IMG/VR virus record: IMGVR_UViG_3300036987_000310
Location: 256,001 to 320,000 of that record
Strand: one strand, 5' to 3'
Source: a virus
Taxonomy: Duplodnaviria; Caudoviricetes
DNA: 64,000 nt
The notes below the pieces were generated by a model that had not been told where the DNA came from, ran no database searches, and saw nothing but the letters and a program-made list of their open reading frames with translations. Numbering within the stretch: position 1 is the first letter of the stretch; the number at the start of each line of letters is the position of its first letter. Positions 55,166 through 64,000 of the stretch are shown piece by piece. The translations under genes were made by a program, and so were the position numbers.

Positions 55166-57095
55166 GAAAATTGAGCTCGGACAGTCTGGCCTCGGCGATA
55201 TCTCAGATATTTTCCATAACCATGGAGTATCCGATCTGTCATGGCTCGATATCGATGCTGAAGATTACCATAAAGCCGAGGCCCTCCCGAAACAAAACCT
55301 TGACATCATACCTGAGCTTCAGAGAGCTTTAACGTTCGAAGATAGCAACGTTCCATCGCTGATTCCTCTTAGGCCGCACACTATTGTCAATACGAATCCT
55401 CTTGACCCTCCAGGAGCTCCGGCAAGAAATGTTGCTCCGGAGATCACGAACAAGGTTGCGAGACAAGTCATATCCGGGCACAACCCGCGTCACATTGGTG
55501 AGCGAATCATGCTGGAATTCGCTCCATCTCAAATCAGAGAAGCTTCTTCAAGCATTTCTGCAGTTTTGTCTGAGCGCGGTTTGCTGGGAAATGTGTATGT
55601 GGACGCCAGACATTTCCCAAGATGCGCTCAAGACGGGGATGACAAGAAGTTTGTGGCAACGAAGGCTGCTGGAGCCAAGTTCATTCTAGCAAAAGAGGAG
55701 TGCGCAGGGTGCGTTCACAACAGGGAAGGGAATTGTGCAAATTTGCACAAACGTCTTGTTGTGTCCATTTCCTACGATCGGAAAATGTTTGCGAGCTATG
55801 CTTCGAAGCTTGCACAAGAAGGGCGTTTGAACAAATCGGATCTTGACAAAGCTATTGTCGGGTCTGACGACGACAGGAAAAAAGTTCTGGCGTCTTCTTT
55901 CATGGCACCATCCCAACTCGGCAATGACTCTCATAGTCGATTGACTTTGCGGCATCAGGACAGGGAGCAAAAGCCCGTTTTCTCTGACAGGGAAATTGCG
56001 GAGCATTTGTCTCGTCCTAGGAAAGCCGTCAAAACTCTTACGAGAAGCTTTGTGGCGGCAGCCAGGCATCTCATGGCTGGAGGGTCTGCTGACGCTATTG
56101 CCGGGTCTTCAGACCCAGAAGCCAGAAAGCTTGTAGGAAGCTACGGGCTTCTGGGGCACACTTATCTGGACATGGACGCTCTTGGCGGGTGTCAAAAGAC
56201 TTTGAATTTCATTGCAAAAATGAGCGCGTCTCCAGATTTTGTTGTTCGACGTTCTGCATGTTGTGGGGAGTGCAAAGACGCTTCTGACGGAGCATGTTGC
56301 CAAGTTAGGTCTATTGCTCCCATAACAGATTCTGACGAAATCAACAGGGAGCATTTTGTCGCTGCTCTTCTAAGGGCTGTGGATCGTGGAGCAGTTACAA
56401 CTGAGACGGCAAGGCATGCGGCTGAAAAAGCTCCTGCAACGTCAAACTGGAAATCTTTGACGTCTCAAGCAAATTTGTTAAAAGCTTCGAAGACAATTTC
56501 TAGATATTCTGGAGCAAAAGTCGCGGCTCATCATGGGGCCCCGATTCCGTCAAGAGATGACGCTATTGTGTCTCATGTTGACGCTGAAGACGTTCGGAGA
56601 ACCATTTCTCATTTGATGAACTCCGGTTTTCACGGCAAGAGTCTCAAAGAAGCTATTTTGAAACGATATGCGCGATCTGACTTGAAAAAGGTTCCTCAAG
56701 TCGGAGCTAGACTTGCGCGCTATGACGGCGTTCAGGGTTTGTTTTTTATCGACCCGACAGCCTACGTCGATTATGGGCGAGGATGCGCTACTGGAGCAAA
56801 ACACTTCCGGAAGCAGGGAGCTGAAAACGTTCTTGTTGGGGACTCTTGCGTTGGATGTTCAATGCAAACAGCCCCTGGGTGGTGTTCAAAGTATTCGAAG
56901 TCACTGGTTCGAAAAATTCCTGACGCAGTCATTGTTGCAGCAGAGGACCTTCGAAAAATTACTGTTCCTGTTGACAACACCCCTGTTGAAAACCCGGTTG
57001 ATAAATATGAACTTTCTTCCAGCATAACTGTCGAACCAAACAAGAAGATTTTCATGCCGGTCGTCAACTTTGCGGACCGAAGTGTGACCAAATGA
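55158..57095 (+). CDS. large Cys-cluster protein, putative structural
   Basis: three C..C....G.C-type clusters; upstream of terminase. Confidence 0.65.
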   Translation: MTKKIELGQSGLGDISDIFHNHGVSDLSWLDIDAEDYHKAEALPKQNLDIIPELQRALTFEDSNVPSLIPLRPHTIVNTNPLDPPGAPARNVAPEITNKVARQVISGHNPRHIGERIMLEFAPSQIREASSSISAVLSERGLLGNVYVDARHFPRCAQDGDDKKFVATKAAGAKFILAKEECAGCVHNREGNCANLHKRLVVSISYDRKMFASYASKLAQEGRLNKSDLDKAIVGSDDDRKKVLASSFMAPSQLGNDSHSRLTLRHQDREQKPVFSDREIAEHLSRPRKAVKTLTRSFVAAARHLMAGGSADAIAGSSDPEARKLVGSYGLLGHTYLDMDALGGCQKTLNFIAKMSASPDFVVRRSACCGECKDASDGACCQVRSIAPITDSDEINREHFVAALLRAVDRGAVTTETARHAAEKAPATSNWKSLTSQANLLKASKTISRYSGAKVAAHHGAPIPSRDDAIVSHVDAEDVRRTISHLMNSGFHGKSLKEAILKRYARSDLKKVPQVGARLARYDGVQGLFFIDPTAYVDYGRGCATGAKHFRKQGAENVLVGDSCVGCSMQTAPGWCSKYSKSLVRKIPDAVIVAAEDLRKITVPVDNTPVENPVDKYELSSSITVEPNKKIFMPVVNFADRSVTK

Positions 57096-57119
57096 CATAG
57101 GTACAGTTTTGTACCTATG
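57096..57119 (+). promoter_or_regulatory. 10-bp hairpin sequestering the start codon
   Basis: cataggtaca-gttt-tgtacctATG. Confidence 0.65.
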
Positions 57120-57719
57120 GACGATGACACAAAGCCGCCTTTTGACGACGAGGGCGCAAACAGCAAAAATGGAAACGGCCACCTCATAGTTTTTCCCGGT
57201 GGGAAGACTATGAACCCGAAGGACGTAGGAGCGGACTTCGTCGTTGGCGGGTCTGGGCAAGTCCCTACTGGAGAGCTTCTTGACCCTGCAGACGTCAAGG
57301 CGAGTTTGCGCGATCGCGTATCTTATGTAAAAAGCCAACCCCTTGTGAAAGCAATGGCCGAGGGAGCTTCTTCCGTGGCCATGGACACGCTTCTGCTGGA
57401 AATAGCAGAAGAAATATCCCACTTGAAGTGGGAGCGCAGGGAAGCGGCAAAGAGCGGAAGAAGCACGGCACAGCACACGGTTGCCAGAATAAACGGGCTT
57501 AGGGCGTTGGCTGAGACGCTAATACGTCGAAAAGAAGCAGCCATCGCCGAAAATTTAGATCTGAAGTCTCCTCGGCTACAAAAGATTTTTAAAGTATGGA
57601 TGCAGTTTTTCTATGAAGCCATGGAAAAGTCTGACGTTCCACCAGAAATCATAAATGTTGTTTTCCAGCAAATGAAGGCCGACATGATTGGATGGGAAAG
57701 GCGTATGGAGGCAGAATGA
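57117..57719 (+). CDS. helical protein, candidate small terminase subunit
   Basis: 200 aa, helical, upstream of terL; function from position only. Confidence 0.4.
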   Translation: MDDDTKPPFDDEGANSKNGNGHLIVFPGGKTMNPKDVGADFVVGGSGQVPTGELLDPADVKASLRDRVSYVKSQPLVKAMAEGASSVAMDTLLLEIAEEISHLKWERREAAKSGRSTAQHTVARINGLRALAETLIRRKEAAIAENLDLKSPRLQKIFKVWMQFFYEAMEKSDVPPEIINVVFQQMKADMIGWERRMEAE

Positions 57720-57937
57720 TCGGGTCTATTGGCGTATCTTATGATATTGTTAAATCCCTGATCTCTGATTCGGTTTTTCAGATCCAGGCTGAAGAAGATC
57801 GCAGGATCTTTGAAGCTTTGGACGCGGCGTGTCTCCACAGCAACGATGGACTCGGGGTGTGTACTAAATGTTTTCTTCCGTTTATTTGTGGGGAATCATG
57901 TTTGATGTCCGACATTATGTACATCATGGACTCGTGA
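57716..57937 (+). CDS. small Cys protein with C-terminal IMYIMDS tag
   Basis: ATGA overlap; C.H...CTKC...C...C. Confidence 0.55.
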   Translation: MIGSIGVSYDIVKSLISDSVFQIQAEEDRRIFEALDAACLHSNDGLGVCTKCFLPFICGESCLMSDIMYIMDS

Positions 57938-58080
57938 TTCACAAGTCAATACCTGATCAAGCAGGTTGTGGCATTGTTTGTACAAACGAGAAAGTTTTTC
58001 TTGGATTTTAGGGTTAGTTTCAATCACCCGTGGTGGCAGATATCTCGTTTTTCTGGTCTCCGAAATCGTGAAATGTTGAC

Positions 58081-61000
58081 ATGCCTAGCACAGAAAAGAA
58101 GCAAAAGAGCGAACTTGTTAGCGTCATAGACAGCTTCTTGGACGAGAAGCAGGCTGGAAAAGATGAAAACAAGGTTGAGTTTCTATCAATAATAGATTTC
58201 ATCGAAAGGTTCAAGCTTCTTCCAGATGGTCTTTTTCCGGTTCAAAAATTCATTCTGAAGTTATACTATAACATACCGCTGGACGACAAAGAAAAAACAA
58301 TTAAAATAACTGACAGGTTCAACGTCAAAGTTCTTTACGAGTTCACTGAAGTAGAATATCTGGAATTCCTTCATGACCAGGGAAGATGCAATATAAAAGC
58401 TCAGGACTCACATGTTAGACATGAACTGATTCTGGTTTTGGGGCGCAGGTCTGGTAAGTCCACTCTTAGCGCCATCATATCCGCATACGAGCTGTACAAG
58501 CTTTTGCGTCGAGTGTGTCCTCAGGCGTTTTACGGCATACCAGTTAATAGCGAAATCCGAGTCCTTTGCATAGCAAACGACAAAGAGCAAGCGTCCATTG
58601 TTTACGGGGACATGGCTGGGTATGTTGATAATGTGGACTATTTCAAATCGTCCATGACAAATCAGACTCAGACGTTCATGAGGTTTCAGACCGATCAGGA
58701 CAGGAAAAAATATGGTAAAAACGGCAGGTCAACCATTGCGGCCACTTTCAAAAGTTCAATAGCTAAAGGTCTTCGTGGACGCGGAATTATATGTTATGTT
58801 CTTGACGAAATAGCATTTTTTGTGGACGATGGTAAATGTGTGAAGTTGTCTAGTCTGGTGCGGACATCAGATGGTTTGCGCACCTTCGATGAAATCTTGG
58901 ACACCAATAACGTGGACAGGTCCAAGACCGGATGGACTAGTATTCGTCCTATCGAGGTACTTCAGGAGTTAGGACACACAGCTGTCGCCACCCGAGTCTA
59001 TTACGGTGGTAGGCAGATGGTCAGAAGCGTTGTTACCAAGTCGCGCTATAATATAGATCCGACGCCTCAGCACAGACTGAAGGTGATGTCGGCTAGCGGC
59101 AATATCGAATGGAAGTATGTGAGAGATATCCAGGTAGGCGACTACGTTGGTATCAATCGATCTGCGCGAATTTGGCCTGGTAGATACGTATGCTGTTCGG
59201 AAGTTCATCGGGCCAAGAATGTGAGGTGTACGCAAGTAGCTAGGATTCCTGAGTTCTTGGATGATAAACTTGGCGAGTTCTTGGGGGTGCTAGTCGGAGA
59301 CGGTACTTGGTGTTCTGGGGAAGATGACAACCTTGTGCAAGTCACTGGTGGGTGCGAGCAGTTTCTGCCGTTTGTACAGGAGCACTTTGCTAGATATTTT
59401 GACACTTTTCGAATCCACCATAAACCACCACATGAGCATAACACTTGCGAAGTGTCTCCGTGGTCGGTTACCAAGTGCTCGCAGCCGTTCAGGACCTTTT
59501 TGGACAGTCTGGGCTATCGCTTCGATGTGACCAAAAGCACAAAGTCCGTGCCATGGGTCATCTTCCAGAGCCCGAAATCGGTTGTGGCGGCATTTCTTAG
59601 AGGATTGTTTGAGACTGATGGTGGGTGTGAGCAGGGCGGCAGAACTGTCACGTTAGCGTCCGCCAGCGAGCAGTTGATGCGTGAGGTGCAGCTGCTTCTG
59701 CTGGATTTTGGCATCACTGCTAGTCGATATAGCAAATGGAATCGCAAATATCAGCGAACATACCACTACGTTCGCCTGATCGGGTATGAATCGCGCAAGA
59801 TATTCGCGCGCGAGATCGGGTTCATAACTCCAAGGAAGCAGGCTGAATTGGCCATGGGGGTGCAGTCTGGCCGTGACGCGTCCAATATAATCCCCAATCA
59901 GACAGAGCGTCTGCGGAGGATCCTGCTGTCGGTGCCGAAAGCGACGACGCTGAGCCGAGGAAATGATGCCAGAACGCGCATGATACGGCTTTGTTCCAGT
60001 TCTGCCAATCCGAAGCGGCGCAGCTCCATATCGTATGGCTTGGCTCGTCGCTTTGTGGACCTCGGTCGTAAGCTTGGGGCCGACATGAAGGCCTTGGCGG
60101 AACTCGATCACATCTGCCGCACGAATTATTACTGGGACAAGGTTGTCTCCGTGTCTGATAACGAAGCAGATGTTGCAGACTTACTGGTCCCGGATGGGCA
60201 TGAATACGTCGCCCAGGGCATGACGAACCACAACTCGTCGGCGGAACAAATATATAGAGCCATCAATCCATCCATAGCTCAGTTTTCTCCAAAAGATCCG
60301 AAGAACAAACACAAAGCGGTTGGTCCGTCTGATGGGCGAGCTATCATGATCTCGTCCCCAGACGCTAGAGATGGGTTCTTCTATAGACATTATCAGTTAT
60401 CTCTTAGCGGAGGGCCTGCTTCAAAAAACATACTTATGATTCAGGCCCCCACTTGGGAAGTAAACCCCACTCTCGACAAAAGTTATTATGAAGTCGAGTT
60501 CAGCAAAGATCCGAAGTCGTTTACCACAGAGCATGGCGCGGAATTTTCTGACCGCGTTCGCGGATGGATAGAGGACTCGAACGACTTGCTGGAATGTGTG
60601 AACCCTGAGCTAAAACCGATCATAAGGGGAGGCCCTCGAGAGCTTTTCTGGGCTGGAGTGGACTTCGGAATCGTAAGAGACGGAACTGCAATAGCACTTG
60701 TTCACTTTGTGAACGGAAAAATTGAACTGGCATACCACGAAGTTTGGTATGCTGGAAAAAATTGGAACGAGTCAAATCCACACCTGACTGTTCCGCTCAC
60801 TGAGTATGCAAGAACGTTAAAGAGCGTTTCGCGTCTTGACATGTCTGAAATTTCTGAGTGGTTTCGCGTCTTGTCGACAAGATTCTATATTGAAAAGGGG
60901 ATTTTTGATCAGTGGGCTGGTCCAATTTTTGAACAAGAACTGCACAAACGCGGGCTGAAGCAGTTTGAAATGAAAAACTTTTCTGTATCCGATTCGTCCC

Positions 61001-61404
61001 ATGCTTATCACATGGCCAAAATGTGCATGTTTGGGCGTCAGTTAAGTATATACAATTATCCAATTTCTACTCACATTGTTACAGATTCCACGATGTTGAA
61101 ACATTCTCCATTGGTGTCTGAGTTGTTGGAGCTTCAGGCGACATCTGGTGGGAAAAACATAACGATTGTTGAAGCGCCAAAAGTTGCTGGGAAACATGAC
61201 GACATGTCTGACGCTTTTGTTCGTGGGGTCATGTTGGCTGTTGAATATGTGAAGAGTCATCCCGGGGTGTTGGAAACGAGCATGCGACATATTGTTTCTC
61301 CTGTGCAGCAAGCTCCAATGCCAGGGTCATATCATAGATACCACAGCATGCGGAAAAGAATGCACGGGGTTCCAGATCGTTTGCGAGACCCAAGCAGAAG
61401 ATAG
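58081..61404 (+). CDS. terL: terminase large subunit (intein-containing)
   Basis: Walker A GRRSGKS, Walker B YVLDE, coupling ISSP, nuclease GVDFG and HDDMSDA. Confidence 0.93.
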   Translation: MPSTEKKQKSELVSVIDSFLDEKQAGKDENKVEFLSIIDFIERFKLLPDGLFPVQKFILKLYYNIPLDDKEKTIKITDRFNVKVLYEFTEVEYLEFLHDQGRCNIKAQDSHVRHELILVLGRRSGKSTLSAIISAYELYKLLRRVCPQAFYGIPVNSEIRVLCIANDKEQASIVYGDMAGYVDNVDYFKSSMTNQTQTFMRFQTDQDRKKYGKNGRSTIAATFKSSIAKGLRGRGIICYVLDEIAFFVDDGKCVKLSSLVRTSDGLRTFDEILDTNNVDRSKTGWTSIRPIEVLQELGHTAVATRVYYGGRQMVRSVVTKSRYNIDPTPQHRLKVMSASGNIEWKYVRDIQVGDYVGINRSARIWPGRYVCCSEVHRAKNVRCTQVARIPEFLDDKLGEFLGVLVGDGTWCSGEDDNLVQVTGGCEQFLPFVQEHFARYFDTFRIHHKPPHEHNTCEVSPWSVTKCSQPFRTFLDSLGYRFDVTKSTKSVPWVIFQSPKSVVAAFLRGLFETDGGCEQGGRTVTLASASEQLMREVQLLLLDFGITASRYSKWNRKYQRTYHYVRLIGYESRKIFAREIGFITPRKQAELAMGVQSGRDASNIIPNQTERLRRILLSVPKATTLSRGNDARTRMIRLCSSSANPKRRSSISYGLARRFVDLGRKLGADMKALAELDHICRTNYYWDKVVSVSDNEADVADLLVPDGHEYVAQGMTNHNSSAEQIYRAINPSIAQFSPKDPKNKHKAVGPSDGRAIMISSPDARDGFFYRHYQLSLSGGPASKNILMIQAPTWEVNPTLDKSYYEVEFSKDPKSFTTEHGAEFSDRVRGWIEDSNDLLECVNPELKPIIRGGPRELFWAGVDFGIVRDGTAIALVHFVNGKIELAYHEVWYAGKNWNESNPHLTVPLTEYARTLKSVSRLDMSEISEWFRVLSTRFYIEKGIFDQWAGPIFEQELHKRGLKQFEMKNFSVSDSSHAYHMAKMCMFGRQLSIYNYPISTHIVTDSTMLKHSPLVSELLELQATSGGKNITIVEAPKVAGKHDDMSDAFVRGVMLAVEYVKSHPGVLETSMRHIVSPVQQAPMPGSYHRYHSMRKRMHGVPDRLRDPSRR
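58837..60234 (+). mobile_element. intein with LAGLIDADG homing endonuclease (466 aa)
   Basis: GK|CVKLSS ... GMTNHN|SS; LGVLVGDG and LRGLFETDG motifs; higher GC than exteins. Confidence 0.93.
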
Positions 61405-61428
61405 CCCTGTTATCGAGGCAGTGTTTCC

Positions 61429-61695
61429 GTGAGTGTTGGAATCAAAGACACGACTGCGTGGCGCGTCATCGAACAGATCCTCAAACATGTTTGGGGGCCC
61501 GGGGAGGAAATGAACGATGACGAAGCTTATGCAGTTTGCAAAATGTTTTGGAGATCCGGAGGATCTTGGAAACAACTTGTTGAAGGAGATCCCGAACACG
61601 TAAGCATTCTTGAAGAGTGCATAAACAATGTGATCAGTGCCAGGAAGCTCAAAAAGATAGCTTTAAAGATCGCAAAGACGTTGGGTAACGTTTAA
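61429..61695 (+). CDS. hypothetical protein
   Basis: between terL and portal. Confidence 0.6.
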   Translation: MSVGIKDTTAWRVIEQILKHVWGPGEEMNDDEAYAVCKMFWRSGGSWKQLVEGDPEHVSILEECINNVISARKLKKIALKIAKTLGNV

Positions 61696-61696
61696 C

Positions 61697-62044
61697 ATGC
61701 CAAGCGACGCCATCAAAGAAGCTCCGGAGTCTGCAAAATATGACGAAGAAGCCTTGAAACGTGTTTTTGCCGCATACTCAGAAGTAATTGGAAAAATAGC
61801 AGAGGCGTCGGCGTCTTTGAAACAAGCGTCGGAAAAAATCGTGGCTGTCAATAAAGCGATTCAAGCCGCGGACCACTTGGGGGGTTTAAACTTGACGCGA
61901 AAGCTTCGCATAAAGATTGTTTTGGGAGTCGTTTTTCCAGCCCATCAGCACCTGGATCGCTTGCTAGCTAGAATGAAAGCGTGCGCGTCCTCAAAGGACG
62001 ACATCCTGTCTGAAGTCGATCGTCCTAGACCGGCATTTGAGTGA
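61697..62044 (+). CDS. hypothetical helical protein
   Basis: ATG 1 nt after previous stop. Confidence 0.55.
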   Translation: MPSDAIKEAPESAKYDEEALKRVFAAYSEVIGKIAEASASLKQASEKIVAVNKAIQAADHLGGLNLTRKLRIKIVLGVVFPAHQHLDRLLARMKACASSKDDILSEVDRPRPAFE

Positions 62045-62052
62045 GCTAGACC

Positions 62053-63843
62053 ATGGCAAGTAAGAAAGTTGGAGTAAAACCAGGTCAGATTAGCGGAAAG
62101 ATCACGCGCGTGGACAAGCAGAACGCTGTCCGTACGCCTCTTACCAAACTGGAAAAGCAAGCCCGTCGCGAAGCAAAAAGTCAGTCCATCAGAGTTGCTG
62201 CATACTATGGGGACATGGGCAATGCCGGGTCCATGGCAATATCTGAGGCAAATCAGAATTTCTACAGTCCTCAGCTTTCCACTGACTTTCTTGAACTTCC
62301 TCAGTCAGAAAGAGAAAAGCGAGAACTTCTTAGATTTTGGTATTCGACTCATCCCATCATTGGAGCGGCCATCGACTTCCACACCGATGTTCCGATGTCC
62401 AAGATACGTTTGGCAGCCCCTAAAGGTAAGGACACGACTAGGAATAAACAAATTCTGCACTTCTATGAAAAAATGTGCAGAAGGCTGCGTCTTTTCCAAA
62501 CCCTATACGATGTGACGCATGAGTATTGGCTTCATGGGAATGTGTTTATTTTTTGCGAGGACCACGATCTTTCCGGAGAGGTTCCGGAAAGCTTAACATC
62601 GGACATAGAGATAAGTTTTGACTCAAACGAAGAATCTGACCAGGAAAATCAGGAAGAGAAGCGTGAAGGCCTCCTCAAGAAAATAAGGGAGGAAAGGTCA
62701 ATATCTATACAAAAGTTTGTGGAAAAAGACTACGACGGGTGGCAACGTCTTCAAATCCTTCCGCCCGAGCAGGTGAAGCTGGAAATATTCCAGTATACAA
62801 ATCGTGTTCAAATGGAGCTAATACCCAGTGAAAAAGACAGACTCGCTGTGTTGAAAGCTCAAGAACAAAACGACCCTGATTCGCAGAAAATTGCTGAAGG
62901 TATCCCAGAGCAAATTAGGGAAAACTTGTTGAGCGGCCAACCCATTCCACTAAACACGACTCCATATGATGATTTTCTCTGTTCGTCATTTTGTTATCAC
63001 TTGTCTCATAAGAGAAGCCCATACGACGACAGAGGCGTTTCCATACTGGAGAGGTGTCTTCGCACGCTTCTGTATCAAGACAAGTTGCGACAGGCTCAAA
63101 CGTCCATTGCTTCCAGGGCCATGACCCCAAAGCGCATAATCTGGGGCGACAAAATGTCCCAGCCGGACGTTGACGATCTGAGAGATCAAATAGACCAGGC
63201 TCTAATAGACCCTGATTTCACAATCATTACGAACTTTGAGGTTCACTGGGACGAAGTAGGAGCCCGCGACAGGCTTCTTGACCTAGGGACCGAGTATGAA
63301 ATAACGAACAAACTGTTATTCATCGGGCTCCGCATAACCGAGTCTATGTTGACTGGAGAGTCCACATACTCGGGAGAGCGGATTCACCTGGACGTCATGA
63401 ACACGATGTATTTGCTATATCGTGAAACATTGGCGGATTTCGTTGAGCAGTATTTGTTTGCTCCCGTCGCGGAAAAGAAGGGGTTCTGGGAGGAGGACGA
63501 ATATGGAAACAAAAATCTTCTTTTCCCTAGGCTTCAATTCACTCGGTTGGCTCTTCGAGACAATACAGAGATGCAAGACTTTATGTTCAACTTATATCAG
63601 AAGGGGTCGATGCCCATCGACTACATTTATGACCTGTTGAACATCGATTCTGAGGATGCTCACCTCCTTCTCGATCGAGACATGTTCACTGCTAAGGATT
63701 CAACCTTCAACGAAATCACCAGAGCTCTGTACTCTCGCATCGGGGAAAATATGGCTGATAAAACAGACGCTATGGAGAGGGTTGCAAAAAACATGGGGCT
63801 TAACGTGACAGATGAAGATGGGGACCGTTTCGGAAAAGAATGA
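62053..63843 (+). CDS. portal protein
   Basis: 596 aa after terL; FWYSTHPIIGAAIDFH, HEYWLHGNVF, RGVSILER, IGLRITESML. Confidence 0.8.
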   Translation: MASKKVGVKPGQISGKITRVDKQNAVRTPLTKLEKQARREAKSQSIRVAAYYGDMGNAGSMAISEANQNFYSPQLSTDFLELPQSEREKRELLRFWYSTHPIIGAAIDFHTDVPMSKIRLAAPKGKDTTRNKQILHFYEKMCRRLRLFQTLYDVTHEYWLHGNVFIFCEDHDLSGEVPESLTSDIEISFDSNEESDQENQEEKREGLLKKIREERSISIQKFVEKDYDGWQRLQILPPEQVKLEIFQYTNRVQMELIPSEKDRLAVLKAQEQNDPDSQKIAEGIPEQIRENLLSGQPIPLNTTPYDDFLCSSFCYHLSHKRSPYDDRGVSILERCLRTLLYQDKLRQAQTSIASRAMTPKRIIWGDKMSQPDVDDLRDQIDQALIDPDFTIITNFEVHWDEVGARDRLLDLGTEYEITNKLLFIGLRITESMLTGESTYSGERIHLDVMNTMYLLYRETLADFVEQYLFAPVAEKKGFWEEDEYGNKNLLFPRLQFTRLALRDNTEMQDFMFNLYQKGSMPIDYIYDLLNIDSEDAHLLLDRDMFTAKDSTFNEITRALYSRIGENMADKTDAMERVAKNMGLNVTDEDGDRFGKE

Positions 63844-64000
63844 ACTTTCCTAGATAGGCTTTGAATGCACCATGTCCATATTCATGGACATCTACGAGTC
63901 ATTCATATCAACTTTCTCTTCTGTTCATACTGGGAAAGACCAGTATGAACATGAAGAGGCTGACGTTGAAGAGCATATGACGGGACATAGGGACAGGCCC

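Noticed and set aside
1-64000. Stop-codon reassignment, tRNA or rRNA genes
   Set aside because: Long conserved genes are intact in the standard code with dense packing; no cloverleaf or rRNA-like tract was seen by eye, though tRNAscan/Infernal were not run.
63872-64000. Partial ORF after the portal gene
   Set aside because: Truncated by the window edge with no recognisable motif, so it cannot be supported.

Overview
This window is part of a large tailed-phage (jumbo-type Caudoviricetes) genome in the standard genetic code. I found no host housekeeping block, tRNA, rRNA or CRISPR array. 1-16 kb: GC-heterogeneous accessory region of small ORFs, a non-coding TGGCA/inverted-repeat array, a holin-like gene and a putative endolysin. 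16-26 kb: nucleotide metabolism, including a glycosylase-like protein, dNMP kinase, DHH phosphoesterase, ThyX and a PurZ-type 2-aminoadenine synthase homologue. 27-51 kb: transcription and replication genes, including three sigma-like proteins, HolB, HolA, DnaX, a probable sliding clamp, NrdJ, dUTPase, an NAD ligase split into two divergent genes, RecD2, SbcD, half of an SbcC, primase core, a NusG paralogue and a 5'-3' exonuclease. 51-64 kb: morphogenesis, with a BACON Ig-like protein, probable head proteins, an intein-containing large terminase and the portal. Highlights: (i) PurZ alongside a Pol III-type replisome, with no DatZ or MazZ in the window; (ii) three consecutive unrelated genes that all end in [EQ]VR[DG]G[KR]W; (iii) two other dispersed peptide tags, one C-terminal and one mostly N-terminal; (iv) a helically phased TGGCA array; (v) an AGTGTAAY element 8 nt before several start codons. 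All family calls come from motif recognition by eye, not from database searches.
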